64,000 bases of DNA. Source: the human T2T-CHM13v2.0 reference genome, Homo sapiens. A model generated the notes under the pieces. That model ran no database searches, was not told the origin of the DNA, and was given only the letters and a program-made list of their open reading frames with translations. Shown here in pieces: positions 1 to 26,548 of this stretch (position 1 is its first letter; the number at the start of each line of letters is the position of its first letter). The stretch lies in the NCBI RefSeq assembly GCF_009914755.1, contig NC_060931.1, one strand, 5' to 3'. Position numbers and translations under genes: made by a program.

Positions 1-169
1 GGTGGAAGATATGTTATAGCTTGGTCATGGTCATCATTTCACAGTGTACATGAATATCAGATCATCACTACACATTAAATATATGCAATGTTTATTTTTC
101 AGTGAGACCTCAAAAAAGCAGTAAAAATGTTTAAAGATATGGAAATAAGTGTATGTGTAAAGATGTCTC

Positions 170-372
170 TGTGCTCCAGGTATGCATGTGTTCCATGTAT
201 GCACGTGTGTTCTATGTTCACATGTGTGATCCATGTACGCACGTGTGTTCTGTGTTCACATGTGCTTCATGTGTGTACGTGTGTTCTGTGTTCGCATGTG
301 CTCCATGTGTGCACTGTGTTCTGTGTTCGCATGTGTGTTCTGTGTTTGCATGTGTGTTCCATGTATGCACAT
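170..372. repeat. Minisatellite, ~36-38 bp unit (CATGTGTGCACGTGTGTTCTGTGTTCGCATGTGCTC-like), about 5 degenerate copies
   Basis: Unit seen repeating directly in the sequence; it generates the overlapping Cys/His/Val-rich spurious ORFs at 34-461. Confidence 0.85.
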
Positions 373-7175
<6,803 letters not shown>

Positions 7176-7343
7176 CAATAACACCTCTCATCACCACTTA
7201 CAAAGGTCTCTTCCTGTGCTCTATTCCTGCATGAGGACTGTCTGACTGGGACTTACCTCACTGATTGCCTCACTGGTTAGGCGAGTAGCCACACTCACCA
7301 CAAGTATTCACATCCTTGACTTCTTTGCAACAATCCTCTACTC

Positions 7344-7435
7344 TAGGGGTGTCCAATCTTTTGGCTTCCCTGGCCCACATTGAAAGAATTGTCTTGGGCC
7401 ACAACATAAAATACACTAACATTAACGATAGCTGA
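7344..7435 (+). mobile_element. MER30 (hAT-Charlie) left part, split by the HERV-L provirus
   Basis: AGGGGTGTCCAATCTTTTGGCTTCCCTGGCCCACATTG...ACTAACATTAACGATAGCTGA matches the MER30 5' half; it continues at 14541. Confidence 0.85.
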
Positions 7436-7874
7436 TGTGATGGTTAATACCGAGTGTCAACTTGATTGGATTGAAAGATACAAAGTATTGATCTTGGATG
7501 TGTCTGTGAGGGTGTTGCCAAACGACATTAACATTTGAGTCAGTAGGCTGGGGAAGGCAGACCCACCCTCAATCTGGGTGGGCACAATCTAATTAGCTGC
7601 CAGCATGGCTAGAATATAAGCAGGCAGAAAATGGGAAGAGACTGGCCTAGCCTCCCAGCCTACATCTTTCTCCAATGCTGGGTGCTTCCTGCCCTTGAAA
7701 CTCGGACTCCAAGTTCTTCAGTATTGGAACTCTTTCTTTGCTCCTCAGCCTGCAGATGGCCTATTGCAGGATCTTGTGATCGTGTGAGTTAATACTTAAT
7801 AAACTCATATATATATAAACATACATATATATATTCCATTAGTTCTGTCCCTCTAGAGAACCCTGACTAATACA
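7436..7874 (+). mobile_element. 5' LTR, MLT2A1 (439 bp)
   Basis: TGTGATGGTTAATAC...CCCTGACTAATACA termini; internal AATAAA and (TA)n. Confidence 0.9.
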
Positions 7875-7897
7875 GATTTTAGTACCAGGAGTGATTC
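7875..7897 (+). promoter_or_regulatory. Primer-binding site (tRNA-Leu type, one mismatch at the TGG start)
   Basis: GATTTTAGTACCAGGAGTG immediately after the 5' LTR; HERV-L consensus is TGGTACCAGGAGTGG. Confidence 0.75.
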
Positions 7898-10001
7898 TAG
7901 AGGAACAGAATATTAAGGATGGAGTTCTTTTGTTGGTTTTGGGGTTTCTGGAGTCAGCTGCTTAATATGATTAGAAATGCTAAGGACTATACTTCTAATA
8001 GTTTGGAGAACACTGATAGTCCTTTAGCATGAACTGTTTAGAGAGTTGTGCAAAATAAATGCATTTGACACTCCTGATTCATTGCTTGTGAGAGGCAAGG
8101 AGTTTAGTGACTCTGTACCTAATACCTTTCACCATATGTGGAGAACCAAGGAACAAAATGAAGCTGGTTGGTTGCTTCTAAATTCAATGGACAGAGCGAT
8201 GAAATAAAATAATGAACTCAGGGATTCTATTTCCCAGCTTCAGAAGCAGATACTGAGCCTCAAATCTGCTAAGATTGTCCTGAGAGTCTCATCTCCTGTA
8301 GAGAAAGAGCTGAAATTGTGGAAAAACTGACACAAGCTCTTATCATGTGAGTGGCTGACCTGCAGTGACAGGTGCATGCACAGCCTCACCAGGTGTCTAC
8401 TGTTTGTTTGTTTGTTTGTTTGTTTGTTGAGATGGAGTCTCACACTGTTGCCCAGGCTGGAGTGCAGTGGCCCGATGTGGGCTCACTGCAAGCTCCGCCT
8501 CCAGGGTTCACACCGTTCTCCTGCCTGAGCCTCCCATGTAGCTGGGACTACAGGCACCCGCCAGCTACAGGCGCCAGCCACCACGCCTGGCTAATTTTTT
8601 TTTTTGTTTTGTTTTGTATTTTTAGTAGAAACGGGGTTTCACCATGTTAGCCAGGATGGTCACGATCTCCTGACCTCGTGATCCGCCCACTTTGGCCTCC
8701 CAAAGTGCTGGGATTACAGGCATGAGCCACCGCGCCCAGCCAGGTGTCTACTATTAAAGTGAGGGCATTGATCGGAAAAGAATGGGACCCTGCAACTTGG
8801 AATGGGGACGTGTGGGAGGACCCTGATGAAGCTGGGGGCACTGAGTTTGTAAACTCTGATGAACCTTTTTTGCCAGAAGGAACAGCTTCCCCATCTCCAG
8901 TAGTGGCAACATCCCTCCCCGACTATGCTGCCATCAGCCTTTCCACCTTTGTCTGAGGAGATACAACTTGTGCTGCCTGAGACAACAGTGATGGCCTCCC
9001 CTGAGGCAGTTGCCAGGCAAGATACTGTTGATTCTCCTCAAAAACCACCCCAACACCCGTGTTTGCTTCTAGACCTATAACTAAAGTCCTGGTGGGCCCC
9101 TAGAGGTGAGGCTGAGAGTGTGACCCATTAGGACATGTGCTACACTTGAAAAGAACTGCTTGAGTTTTCTAATTTATATAAACAGAAATCTGGAGAACAG
9201 GCATGGGAATGGATATTAAGGGTGTGGGATAATGGTGGAAGGAACAGGTCGGGCACAGTGGCTCATGCCTGTAATCCCAGCACTTTGGGAGGCCAGCCAG
9301 GGTGGGCGGATCACCTGAGGTCAGGAGTTCAAGACCACCCTGGTCAACATGGTGAAACCCTGTCTCTACGAAAAAAAATGCAAAACTTAGCTGGGCTGGT
9401 GGTGGGCTCCTGTAATCCCAGCTACTTGAGAGGCTGAGACAGGGAGAATTGCTTGAACCCGGGAGGCAGAGGTTGCAGTGAGTCCAAGATCATGCCACTG
9501 CACTCCAGCCTGGGCAACAGAGTGAGACTTTGTCTCAAATAAATAAATAAATAAATAAATAAATAAATAGATGGAAGAAACACAGGATTGGATCAGGCTG
9601 AATTTATTGATTTGGGCCTACTAATTAGGGACTCTGCATTTAATGTTGCAGCTCAGGGAGTTAAAAAAAAGGTTCTAATAGTTTATTTGCTTAGTCAGCT
9701 GAAATATGGATTAGAAGATGGCCCACTGTGAGCGAGCTGTAAATGCCTGATCTCCCTTGGTTTAATGTAGAGCAAGGGATCTGAAAGCTTAGGGAGATTG
9801 GGATGGTGGAGTGCATTAGTCACTTTAGACCTACTCATCCCAGCTGGAAAGGTCCAGAAGATATACCCTTGACCAGTGCTTTGCAAAATAGATTTGTGAG
9901 GGCAGCACCTGCATCTTTGAAGAGCCCTGTAATTGCTCTTCTCTGTATGTCCGATCCAATAGTGGGAATCTCAGTCACTCAACTACAAAATTTAAATACA
10001 G

Positions 10002-10432
10002 AAGTTGTATCTAGGCTGCCTTTGGGATTCAGCACCATGGCGGAAGAAGACATCGAGACCGAAATCAAGAACTACAAGACTGCCCCTTTTGACAGCTGCT
10101 TCCCAACCAGAACCAGACCAGGAACTGCTAGCAGAACTACCTGGACTTCCACTGCTGTCAGAAGGCAGTGACCACTAAAGGAGGTGATATCTCTGTGTGC
10201 GAATGGTACCAGCATGTGTACAAGTCCCTCTGCCCCACATCCTGGGTCACAGCCTGGGACAAGCACTGGGCTGAAGGCACGTTTCCCGGGAAGATCTGAA
10301 CTGGCTGCACCTCCCTCTCCTCTGTCCTCTGTCCTTCTCCCAGGGTGGTGAAGGGGGACCTAGTACCCGGTGATCCCCACCCCGGCATCCAAAATCATGA
10401 CTTCACTGCTAATAAAAACTCATGGGAAAAAA
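10002..10432 (+). pseudogene. COX6B1P1: Processed pseudogene of cytochrome c oxidase subunit 6B1 (probably COX6B1P1)
   Basis: Intronless ATG at 10037 (MAEEDIETEIKNYKTAPFDS...) to TGA at 10297-10299 (...EGTFPGKI). Disabled by a 1-nt deletion near 10104 and a W-to-TAG stop at 10129-10131. AATAAA at 10411, short poly(A), and 15-bp TSD AAAATTTAAATACAG (9987-10001 / 10433-10447). The P1 number is from recall. Confidence 0.93.
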
Positions 10433-10677
10433 AAAATTTAAATACAGTGGGAATAACTGGATCCCAAGTTGGCAGAGACCAAGTGGCAGCACTCAATTGT
10501 CAAAGGCAAGGTGGGCATAGCTACCCTAACAGACAGCAGAGGCAAAGTGGCAATCAGAATAGTCTGACTCGTGTAGAACTCTGGCATTAGCTAATTAATC
10601 AGTGTTCCTAGAAGTGAAATTGATAGGCAGCCTACTGCATTCCTATTTAATTTATATAAGCAGAAAAATAACAGTTA

Positions 10678-10991
<314 letters not shown>

Positions 10992-11017
10992 TTAAAAAAA
11001 AAAAAAGGAAAGAAAAA

Positions 11018-12691
<1,674 letters not shown>

Positions 12692-13128
12692 TAGTAGAGA
12701 CGGGGTTTCACCATGTTAGCCAGGATGGCCTCGATCTCCTGACCTCGTGATCCACCTGCCTCGGCCTAGGGTGTCATTACAGGCGTGAGCCACCACGCCC
12801 AGCCTGGGGTGTCTCTTAGTATTACCATGTGATACTACCATGCCCTGTGATTAAGGTCTACCGGAAACTACAACAGCACAATCCAGGAAGGACTACAAGT
12901 GACTCAGACCCTTCAGGAATGAAGGTTTGGGTCACTCCACCAGGAAAATACCACAACCTGCTGAGGTGCTTGCTGAAGATAAAGGGAACACAGAACGGGT
13001 AGTGAAGAAGGTAGTCATTAATACCAGCTATGACCGCGTGACCAGCTGCAAAAAGGAGGACTGTAATTTTCATGAGTATTTCCTCCTTTTGTTAAAAACG
13101 TGTTTGTGCATTTATACACTTCTACTTA

Positions 13129-13424
<296 letters not shown>

Positions 13425-13690
13425 TCAAAAAAAAAAAAAACAACAACAAAAAACATGTTATTTCCTTTCTTCTGTATCACATGACATTTAGATTTATTGA
13501 CTTCACATCAGCATTTAAGTATTGTTAACTTTATGTCATAGTATTTGGGTTGGGGATTGGTGCGTTTCCGGTTGTACGAAGGATAGTTATATTATGTTAG
13601 GCATAATTATGACCCTATTATTATCTTTATTTGAAGATTATATATGATCTCAGGAGATGTGTATTGATTCAAGTTGACAAGGGGTGGATT

Positions 13691-14983
<1,293 letters not shown>

Positions 14984-15019
14984 CATTTGATACCAGTTCC
15001 ATGTCTTCTGAGCTGTAGA

Positions 15020-16470
<1,451 letters not shown>

Positions 16471-17295
16471 AATAGCTTCTTATCTAGCCATTTTGCTTCC
16501 AGTTTCTCCAGATTCATTCAACCTACATCATGTGATCAGTTAACTTTCCAATATACAGATCATTCCCTTCTCATTTCTAAAGCCCCTGTGGCAGCCTAAT
16601 GCCTTTAGGATGCAGGCCAAATCCAATGCAGCATTCAAGGCCGTCCATGAGCTGGCCTCACACAGGTTATTTCCTGCCATTTTCCCCCAAAGAATCCTAT
16701 GATCTAGCCACAAAAGATGACAGGGCAGTCTTGAACGCACTCCATTTTCACCACCCTTTGTCTTTTCTCAAACCCTCTTGAAATGCCCTCTCCCATCTCC
16801 TTAACCCAGGAAAATATTTTTTTCTTTCTCTTTTTAAATCATTTAAGGCCTAGAGCAACCGACTTTTCCTTAGTGAAACCTACACAGGAAGAATTAATTG
16901 CTCCGTCCTTTGTATAAGAAATTCACAATACTTCCCAAAGTGAATTCCACAGAATTCCAGTCCTAAAGGGTGTGGCTACCAAATATTTGTAAAAAGTGTT
17001 CTCAGCCAGGTGCGGTGGCTCATGCCTGTGATCCCAGCACTTTGGGAAGCCGAGGTAGGCAGATCACCTGAGGTCAGGAGTTCGAGAACAGCCTGACCAA
17101 CATGGTGAAACCCCATCTCTACTAAAAATACAAAAATTAGGCCGGGAGCGGTGGCTCACGCCTGTAATCCCAGTACTTTGGAGGCCAAGCGGGGCACATT
17201 GTCTGAGCTCAGGAGTTCGCGACCAGCCTGGGCATCTGGTGAAACCCCATCTCTAGTAAAAATACAAAAACTTAGCCAGGCGTGGCGGTGTGCTA

Positions 17296-17424
<129 letters not shown>

Positions 17425-17520
17425 CTAAAAAAAAATAAAAAATACAGGCCAGGCGCAATAGCTCACGCCTGTAATCAATGCTCATCTTTCCAGAATTGGG
17501 AGGCTGAGCCGGGCAGATCA

Positions 17521-18098
<578 letters not shown>

Positions 18099-19474
18099 TT
18101 ATCGGAGGTCAGGAGTTCGAGACCATCTTGGCCAATATGGTGAAATCCCATCTCTACTAAAAATACAAAATTAGCTGGGCCTTGTGCGCGCGCCTGTAAT
18201 CCCAGCTACTCGAGAGGCTGAGGCAGGAGAATCGCTTGAACCCAGGAGGCGGAAGTTTCAGTGAGCCGAGATTGTGCCATTGCACTCCAGCCTGGGCAAC
18301 AAGAGTGAAACTCTGTCTCAAAAAAAAAGAAAAAAGAAAAAATGCTGAGGGCAATTGTAAATCTGCCTTATCTGGAGAACACCTTTGGGAACATGAAGTG
18401 AAATTGGGGCCATTGGCAACTATCATTCTCAGCATATGAAAGAAACCTATGCAGTTGGAGAAAATAAGGTCAACACAGAGGGAAGCAAAACTAAGAAGAA
18501 AGAGCACAAAAGTGCCCTGAACCACGGCGTGAGCCCCTGCACCCAGCCAGCTGTGAAGACAATCCGACCACTGGGCTTCCTATTACATGAACCTATAAGC
18601 TACTTTTTATTTTTCCTTTAGGTACTTTGAGCTGAGTTTCTGTCATCTGCAAGCAAAAGTGCCCTCACGCAATACATATGCCTTTTTTTTTTTTTTTTTT
18701 TTTTGAGATGGAGTCTCACTCTGTCACCCAGGCTGCAGTGCAGGGGCATGATCTCAGCTCCCTGCAACCTCCACCTCCCGGATTCAAGCAATTAATTCTC
18801 CTGCCTTAGCCTCCCCAGTAGCTGGGATTACAGGCGCCCACAACCATGCGTGGCTAATTTTTGTATTTTTAGTAGAGACCGGGTTTCACTATGTTGGCCA
18901 GGCTGGTCTCAAACTCCTGACCTCAGGAGATCTGCCCGCCTTGGCCTCCCAAAGTCCTGGGATCACAAGTGTGAGCCACTGCACCCGGCCCATATGTCTC
19001 TCTCAGTGGGCTATTTGCCCCATGAAGGTAGGGACTATATTTTATTTATCTTTCTACTTACCCCAGAATCTGATACATGGGAAGTATGCAATAAGTGTTT
19101 ATTGATTTCTCCTGAATTAAATAAAGGAATGAAAATTCTGGAAAGATGAGCATTGATTTAACTGGCACATACACTTCTGGCTGTTTTGTGGGTTGCGTTC
19201 TAAGACAATAAAGCCAAAATGCAGAGACCCTAAGAAATTGGTGGCAATAAAGCATTTGATTAAGGTATTATAAGGCAAATAGGATACTTGGAAGACATGA
19301 ACTAGGCATAATTATCAAGGAAATAATTTTTCTCAGGATATCCTACTGATAAGTAGGTTGCTGTCTCCAGAGGCCAACCAAGCAGCCAACAGAAAGAACA
19401 GGTAACCTGCAGAGACTTGCTTAGTCTCTGATTTCATGAATTACTCTCAAATTTTCAACAAAAACCCATCTTGC

Positions 19475-19601
19475 CTAGAGAGATCAGAGCTTCACAGATA
19501 CTCCTCATCCCCTGCTTGTAAAGTTCCTTTTGATATCCATCCAGATTCTCCTACTCCTGTATTGAAAAACAGATGGCCATGTCGTCAAAGGTCATTGCCA
19601 C
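19475..19601 (-). pseudogene. Disabled KRAB-A exon of an unprocessed KRAB-ZNF pseudogene
   Basis: Exactly 127 nt, like ZNF786 exon 2. Translates VAMTFDDMAICFSIQE*ENLDGYQKELYKQGMRSICEALISLG; the conserved Trp is TAG (19551-19553), the acceptor reads TTCCAA and the donor reads GCAAG. Confidence 0.88.
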
Positions 19602-20186
19602 TTGGAACCCCAAACACATTTCCTTTTGTCTCAGGGTGGCTTCACACCTGTCCTCATCAGTAATGTTTAAAAGCCCTTCTACCTTTGTTATATTGGGGAA
19701 GGAGTTAGGACACAAATCTTGAGAAGGCAGAATATTCATCATGTGAATTGACTTAGGCTTTAGTGACATAATTCCAGGAATAGACTTGTGATGATTTTGC
19801 TGTTCCTCTTTTCAAAAGTTAACCAGTGCTGCAAACAAAGCAGATTTATACCCTGACAGAGGTGGAATATTGAATACACAGGCCCTTGTTTTACAGGAAT
19901 AGTTTGGGGAGACTCATAGAGAAGTCAATCATTGGAACTTCTGCAGACACTTATTTGTAACTGGAGAAACACAATCTGAAATAATTTGATTCAATTAAAT
20001 GAACATTTGAGCAATTACCATAGGACATAGTTCTGTAAGCACCTAGCCTACTATACAGTCATATAATGTTATAGTACTGCGTGATAAAGTACACATTGAA
20101 CTGTCTTCAACATTTTGAGATGTTAAAAACACCAAAAACACCTGTGTTTATAAGCAAAAAATAGTTACATCTGCAGACTTCCATAA

Positions 20187-20456
<270 letters not shown>

Positions 20457-20874
20457 TGATCCTCCTGCCTCGGCCTCCCAAAGTGCTGGGATTACAGGCG
20501 TGAGCCACCGCGCCCGGCCATAATTGGTACCATTTCACCAAAATAAAATTTAAAGTGACAGTTTGCTCCAATACAGCTATGAGAAATTATCTTCTTCAAA
20601 ACATTTTGCACCAGAAAAGCAAAACATCACTTTCCCTAGAAGGTGACAAAGCAAATAAGGAAAATGCCCTTTAGTTTCCTAGTAATTAGAAAACAGAATA
20701 GAAGCTTGACTAGGCAGTCACTACCCCAGAGACGCAACACCATTAACATTAATAATACCACGCCTGTAATCCCAGCACTTTGGGAGGCCAAGGCAGGCGG
20801 GCACGTGGTCAGGAGTTCGAGACCAGCCTGGCCAATATGGTGAAACTCAGTCTCTACTAAAAATACAAAGCTTA

Positions 20875-21353
<479 letters not shown>

Positions 21354-21469
21354 TCACCCGTAATTTCCTGTTCTTTCTCCCAATCTGCACCTCATCCAGC
21401 AGAGTCTCCGCCCACAAGCTGCGCTTAGGGAAGCAGGCACTCTCCGGAAACTCTGGACTGAGTAAAATC

Positions 21470-22300
21470 AATGGGTGCGTGCGGGACTCCTCCACTGATT
21501 CTTTGATTCCACAGCATTTGTACAGCACCCACGGGGGCCCCACACTAGGTGGGAAACGAAGATGAAAAGTCGCAGTCTCTGTTCCAAAGACCGCAGAGCC
21601 CAGGGCTGCGTTTCCTTCCCGGCCTTTTGTCCAGGCCCCAGGGAGCGAGCTGGGGGAAGGCTCCCCGGCCAGGGCTTCCCCACAGATTTTACTAGGTCAG
21701 GGCAGCCCCGGGGAGGCGCCTCCTCCCAGCCGGAACCGCCCGACTCCGCTTCGTCCTCTTGGGCCCACGGACCACTCCCCACTGCCCCAGCCCCAACACC
21801 TGCAGATCCTGCGAGCCCGAGCCCTCCCGCGACCGCCCAGAGAGGGTCTGACACCCGAAGGGGAACCCCAGGGACTAGTCCTGCCGTAGTCTAAGCTCTG
21901 GTCTCGCGGAGGAAAAGCAGGGGCGGCCCCCGTACGCGGGGCCTGCGCCCTTCAGCCCCAGCCCCACCCTGCGCGACCCCGGGATCTCGCTCGGCGGCGG
22001 CCGTTGCCCAGGGCACAGGCAGGGCATGCTGAGAACGCTCTGCCTTTCCTGTGCCTGGACACGGCTCGGGCTGGGATCCCACAGCGCCGCCTTCTGGCGG
22101 GAGGCACCCCCGCGGCGCTGTGCATTCTGGGCTCCCTGGATCTCTGAACTTGAATTGGAGCTGCTCCAAGCTCTCCAGAGATAACCTCCTTTAGGGTTAC
22201 ACGAGATTGCCTCTGAAATTGATAGGTATGTAAATTAGTAGGGATTTGGAGAATGTGTAACGTCGCCATTTTCGGTCTCAATTTTTGCTACTACAAGCCG
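21470..22300 (-). promoter_or_regulatory. Orphan CpG island, a relic promoter/exon 1 paralogous to that of ZNF786
   Basis: GC/CpG-rich unique DNA. CTCF-like CCGCCAGAAGGCGG (minus, ~22087-22100), ZNF143-like GCATGCTGAGA (22024) and GCATTCTGGG (22122), YY1 CGCCATTTT (22264-22272). Collinear matches to 46745-47012. Confidence 0.7.
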
Positions 22301-22369
22301 CCTGTCTTCACAATGAAACTGTGTTATCGGCCGGGCGCGGTGGCTCATGCCTATAATCCCAGCACTTTA

Positions 22370-23936
<1,567 letters not shown>

Positions 23937-24176
23937 GTGCCATTGTACAGGTGATTCACTACTCCACCACTCCACTCACCTACTCACAATGACGGTTTTC
24001 AACATTTCAGGAACGGTTTCTACCTTAGGCTCAGAGCAATTCCTACTTCTCCCTCATGAGGAATTGGAGGAGGTGGTGATAAAATTCTTCATCTGGTTGT
24101 GAGGTGGTATTTCACACAACTCCTTGATAAATATTGGAGGTGATACTGGATACAGGAAAACTTACAATAATCAGAT

Positions 24177-24414
24177 TGTTACAGGTAGTTAGGCATCAAC
24201 AGGGCAGCAGAGGGCTCTCTCCCGACCCACTAGAAATGTCAGGTGATGGTTCAGCAATTAACAAATTGCCTCTCTAAGAATGAGAATTCGGCAGCCAGGG
24301 AGAGACAATCTCTTGATGGTCCACACCTGTTAACATTAAAAGTGTTAATTGAATACAGCCCCCCAAGCAGCAGCTTCTTGGGCACCCGTGTTAAGAGACA
24401 AATGGCGAAGTATA
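24177..24414 (+). mobile_element. ERV1 LTR fragment (MER50-like)
   Basis: TGTTACAGGTAGTTAGGCA...AGGGCAG..GAGGG...GAAATGTCAGGTGA...AAGAGACAAATGGCG. Confidence 0.55.
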
Positions 24415-24820
24415 GGCCGGGCACGGTGGCTCACACCTATAATCCCAGCACTTTGGGAGGCTGAGGTGGGTAGATCACCTGAGGTCAGGAGTTCAAGACC
24501 AGCCTGGCCCACATTTTATATTTTTTGTATTTTTAGTCTCTACTAAAAATACAAAAATAGGCATGGTGGCACGTGATGGCGTGCGCCTTTAGTCCCAGCT
24601 ACTCAGGAGGTTGAGAAAGAAGGATCACTTGAGCTTGGGAGGTGGAGGATACAGCGAGCTATGATCATGGCACTGTACTCCAGGCTGGCTGACAGAGACT
24701 CCAAAAAAAAAAGAAAAAGAAAAGAAAGGCCGGCACCGTGGCTCATGCCTGTAATCCCAGCACTTTGGGAGGCTGAGGCGGGCGGATCACGAGGTCAAGA
24801 GATCGAGACCATCCTGGCTA

Positions 24821-25727
<907 letters not shown>

Positions 25728-26548
25728 TGAGCCACCACCCCTGGCCCAAATTTTTTTTTTTTTTTTGAGACAGTGTCATACTATGTCATCCATACTGGAG
25801 TGCAGTGGCACCATCATTGCTCACTGCAGCCTTGACCTCCCTGGGCTCAGGCGATCCTCCCACCTCAGCTTCAGGAGTAGCTGGGACTACTGGTGTGTAC
25901 CACCATGCCTGGCTAATTTTTGTATTTTTAGTAGAGACAGGGTTTTGCCATGTTGCCCAAGCTGGTCTCAAACTCCTTGGCTCGTGATCCTCCTGCCACG
26001 GCCTCCCAAGTGCTGGGATTACAGGCATGAACCACTGTGCCTGGCCTAAATTTACTTTTATAACAATTACTTTTTAAAATGTCAGAACTTCCTTATAATT
26101 ACACACATATATTTTTATACAAATGCACAAAGGTAATCACATCTTATCTGGATTTCTGTGTGCACCTTTTCTTAAAAATGTTAACAATCACATATAACCT
26201 CGTAGAAATTGTTTTCGTTTGCAGATGCCTCCTTTTTCATAAAATTATGTCCTTGTTTTATAATGCTGTCTTTTCCAATATAGCTGGGATCACGCCACTG
26301 CACTCCAGCCTGGGTGACAGAGCAAAACTCCATCTTGGAAAAAAAAAAAAAAAAGAAAGAAATATAATTGGTGATGCTTCTGAAGAGAAAATCCTTTGTG
26401 GTTCTTCATATTCCTAACTTGCATGACACTCTTGCTCAAAGAAGGATACCTGCTCCTAAAACCCGTCTACCAGCGGGTCTGGCTACTGTTGCTGTGGATT
26501 CCTGGGCAATACCAATCCTGCTCAACGCTTTGGATGTCCCACTCTGCC

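Larger units (their letters stand above)
7875..10668 (+). pseudogene. HERV-L gag remnant (stops, frameshifts, two Alus and the COX6B1 retrocopy inserted)
   Basis: Translated fragments [55 protein letters not shown] and QVAALNCQRQGGHSY...LTRVELWH are ERV-L gag-like. Confidence 0.85.

Noticed and set aside
170-372. CRISPR-like repeat-spacer array
   Set aside because: Contiguous degenerate tandem units with no unique spacers, in a eukaryotic context.
19058-19255. Possible KRAB-B exon of the relic gene (…PTKQPEVY…)
   Set aside because: Only a faint resemblance to KPELI; no W/LE motif and no convincing splice boundaries.
19602-19769. 72-aa ORF leading into the relic KRAB exon as a functional micro-protein
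   Set aside because: The upstream part is intron-like and the frame stops after 16 KRAB residues.
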